A DNA stretch of 64,000 nucleotides from Callorhinchus milii (taxonomy: Eukaryota): the NCBI RefSeq assembly GCF_018977255.1, contig NW_024704743.1, positions 113,958,001 through 114,022,000 on the forward strand, in the 5' to 3' direction. This document shows, piece after piece, positions 61,691-64,000 of the stretch (the stretch's first letter is position 1; every line of letters starts with the position of its first letter). The notes beneath the pieces were generated by a model that worked only from the letters and a program-made list of their open reading frames with translations, did not search any database and was not told the origin of the DNA. Position numbers and translations under genes: made by a program.

Positions 61691-64000
61691 CCCTCAAGAT
61701 TGCTTATTCCTCCCATCTTCAACCAACCAGGTCCACGTGTTTGCTGATGTACAGTACAAGGTCAGCGCTTTTAGGTGGCAACGGATACGCCAACCAACAA
61801 GCTCCACATCAAGCCAAGAAACGTGCAGTAGCCAATCGAACTCTCAGACCGTCTCAGAGAAAATGTTTGTTACAAGAGTTGCTAACCGAATGATGGGCTC
61901 TTTTGCAGCAACATGCTGAAGCTGCTCAGTCTGTCAATTGCATTCACCATAAGTGTGACTTACGTCTGTCCTCACAACAGACTGACATCGGCTTGGAACC
62001 TTGTCCGATGAATGTAATTCTACCGTCGTTTTGCAGAATGATCACCTCTTTTGCTCTTTTTGTTTTTGATCCACTGTGGTTGATGAATTTTCTGCTATTT
62101 AATCCAGTGTGTAGGCTTTCAGCCATCTTCTCCTCTGACAGTATTTAGAAATGAAGCTTTTTGACGGGGTTGCTGTGTTTTTTTTAAAAAACTGAATGAA
62201 TGGTGTAAGAATAAAGAATTTTGATCTTTGAAGATATCTAAATGGGTTTTAAAATGGTTCTAATGTTTTTGATGAAACCAAATGGAAATAAGACTGCAGG
62301 AAGGCGGTCATCTGACCGCAGCAGCGAGCCTGTTTATGAAGGAATCTCCTGATTATGTTTGTCCAATTGCTCCATTGGAAACAATAACTGACAATGTTCA
62401 TATGGCAGGTATTCAAGCTTCTACTGTATTATCTTTTATCCCATGGTTCTGCTCTGTGGTGCTGTTAATATTTGGAATGTATGGTTCAGTTATAACTAAA
62501 ACATCCTGCAGGTGAATAGCTAGCTTTGAGTTCTACCCTTACCTCCCTTGACCAGGCAGATAGATCGACTTGACGTTCTCACCCTTTTCCTTTAATGAAA
62601 TGGCAGGAAATACATGCACCAACATGTGTTACTAAATTAAAAATCATTCCTTCATACAGTGGTCTTTTATTTGACTTGGGTAGTCTCTCATCTCTCCCAG
62701 AGCACATCATTTCACTTTCCTCCCCCTGCCTTCTTACATTGACAGAAGGTCAGGTTCTCCCAGAAGCTCCCACAGGAACAGCTGATGTCTTCAGGTGCCA
62801 TTCCTTCATTACCCTACCCTCCTAAGAGCAGCAGCCAGGTACTCCCCACCCCACAAATCATTGTATGTTTTCTCCCAGGCCAAGTTCTGCAGCAGAAGCA
62901 AGAAGCCATTTTGAGGTTTTCCTCTTACTTCAGGTCCTTTGCATTCTGTTATCTGTCCATCACAGAACAGCATCCTCTGGCTTTCATCACAGTTATGCAA
63001 TCAATTCCTTCATATCTTCGATTATCTCTAGCCATATATAAAATTTGCGAGGCAGGATTACTCTGAAATGCTTAGCTTTGAAACAATGAAATAACTTTCA
63101 CGATTAGAATTTAACAATGATAATAATCCTTGCATTGACACAAAATGAGAATACTGTAATATCAGTACGACTGGCACAAAGGAGCCTATATCTTTGATGT
63201 CAACCTGATTCCAAACGAGGAAACTTCTTCCCGTGACTCCAGCACATCACAAGATATCAAGAACTTTATCTGCACATTGCTCCCTTTAATTTTTTTTTAA
63301 ATACGCTTACTAAATACTCATTAAAACACAACAATCCCATGCAATAGATACTATTTAAGCCTAGTCTTTAGAGGACATTTGTGACTGATTGTTGCAGATG
63401 TTTGATTTCAGTTTGCTCTTGATATGAATTGTACCACATTGAATGGCAGGGTATATGCTGTGAGCCATAGAAAAATACAAAGTATTGTGGCTGTTCAGAT
63501 TTATAGTTCTAGTAGTTTGTACATTAATTAATTGTCTTTTAACAAAGTGCTGTGGGAACAAGCAAGACAGATGTTCGGAAGTTACAGAAACCCAGAACTG
63601 CATTACTACTTGTTAAAGTCAATGGCCCTCGGCAGTTTCCACTTGCAAAATCCTGCAGGTTTAGAATGAGATGTCACCACAAAACAGCCATAACCTTTTC
63701 ACAAGATACAGTATTTTGTAAAATAACACTGGATGACTTGAGGAGGGCAATTAGGTATATAAGAGGAGTTCAGTGTCTGTACGTAACCAAGCAATAACTT
63801 TTACTTGAGAACATATGTTTTACATACTTGTACAATTTTGATGAAGCAAAGTTCTTGAGCAGCTGTTTCAACGCAAGGTACTACAGTATTACATTAGATA
63901 CCTTGACAGCAGTATCTGTCTTTTTTGTTGTAAATAAAGAATCATGATGCCTTGATACGTAGCATAATTTACTGGTTCTCTTTTATTAATAATTTAGCAC
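61691..64000 (+). other. Probable NCOA2 3' UTR and downstream sequence; AATAAA at 62210-62215 and 63933-63938
   Basis: Repeat-poor sequence after the stop codon; which polyA site is used cannot be determined from sequence. Confidence 0.55.

Noticed and set aside
62520..63070. Antisense coding exon of a neighbouring gene
   Set aside because: The minus-strand frames I translated hit stops quickly and gave no recognisable protein.

Overview
This is eukaryotic genomic DNA from a vertebrate. The repeat landscape (L2 and CR1 LINEs, tRNA-headed Deu-domain SINEs, LF-SINE-like relics) suggests a cartilaginous fish, possibly a chimaera; that assignment is inference. The window holds most of a + strand NCOA2 (TIF2/GRIP1/SRC-2, p160 coactivator) gene. 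There are 19 coding exons from the bHLH/PAS-A linker (6305) to a terminal KFC* exon (61690). All have GT-AG boundaries and consistent phases (4187 nt = 2 nt + 1395 codons including stop). The 5' bHLH exons lie upstream of the window, and the introns are dense in retroelement fragments. Two signals stand out. (1) Just behind the KFC stop is a second acceptor leading into an SRC-1a (NCOA1)-like C-terminal tail ending LLQELLTE*, a fourth LxxLL box, split by a single extra base. (2) One exon has an in-frame 207-nt extension between two identical GTACTG donors, encoding an NCOA1-like segment absent from canonical human NCOA2. Also noted: inverted retroelement pairs flanking exons (circRNA/editing candidates) and a 25-nt templated insertion. 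Homology statements come from my recall of p160 proteins and repeat families, not from searches.
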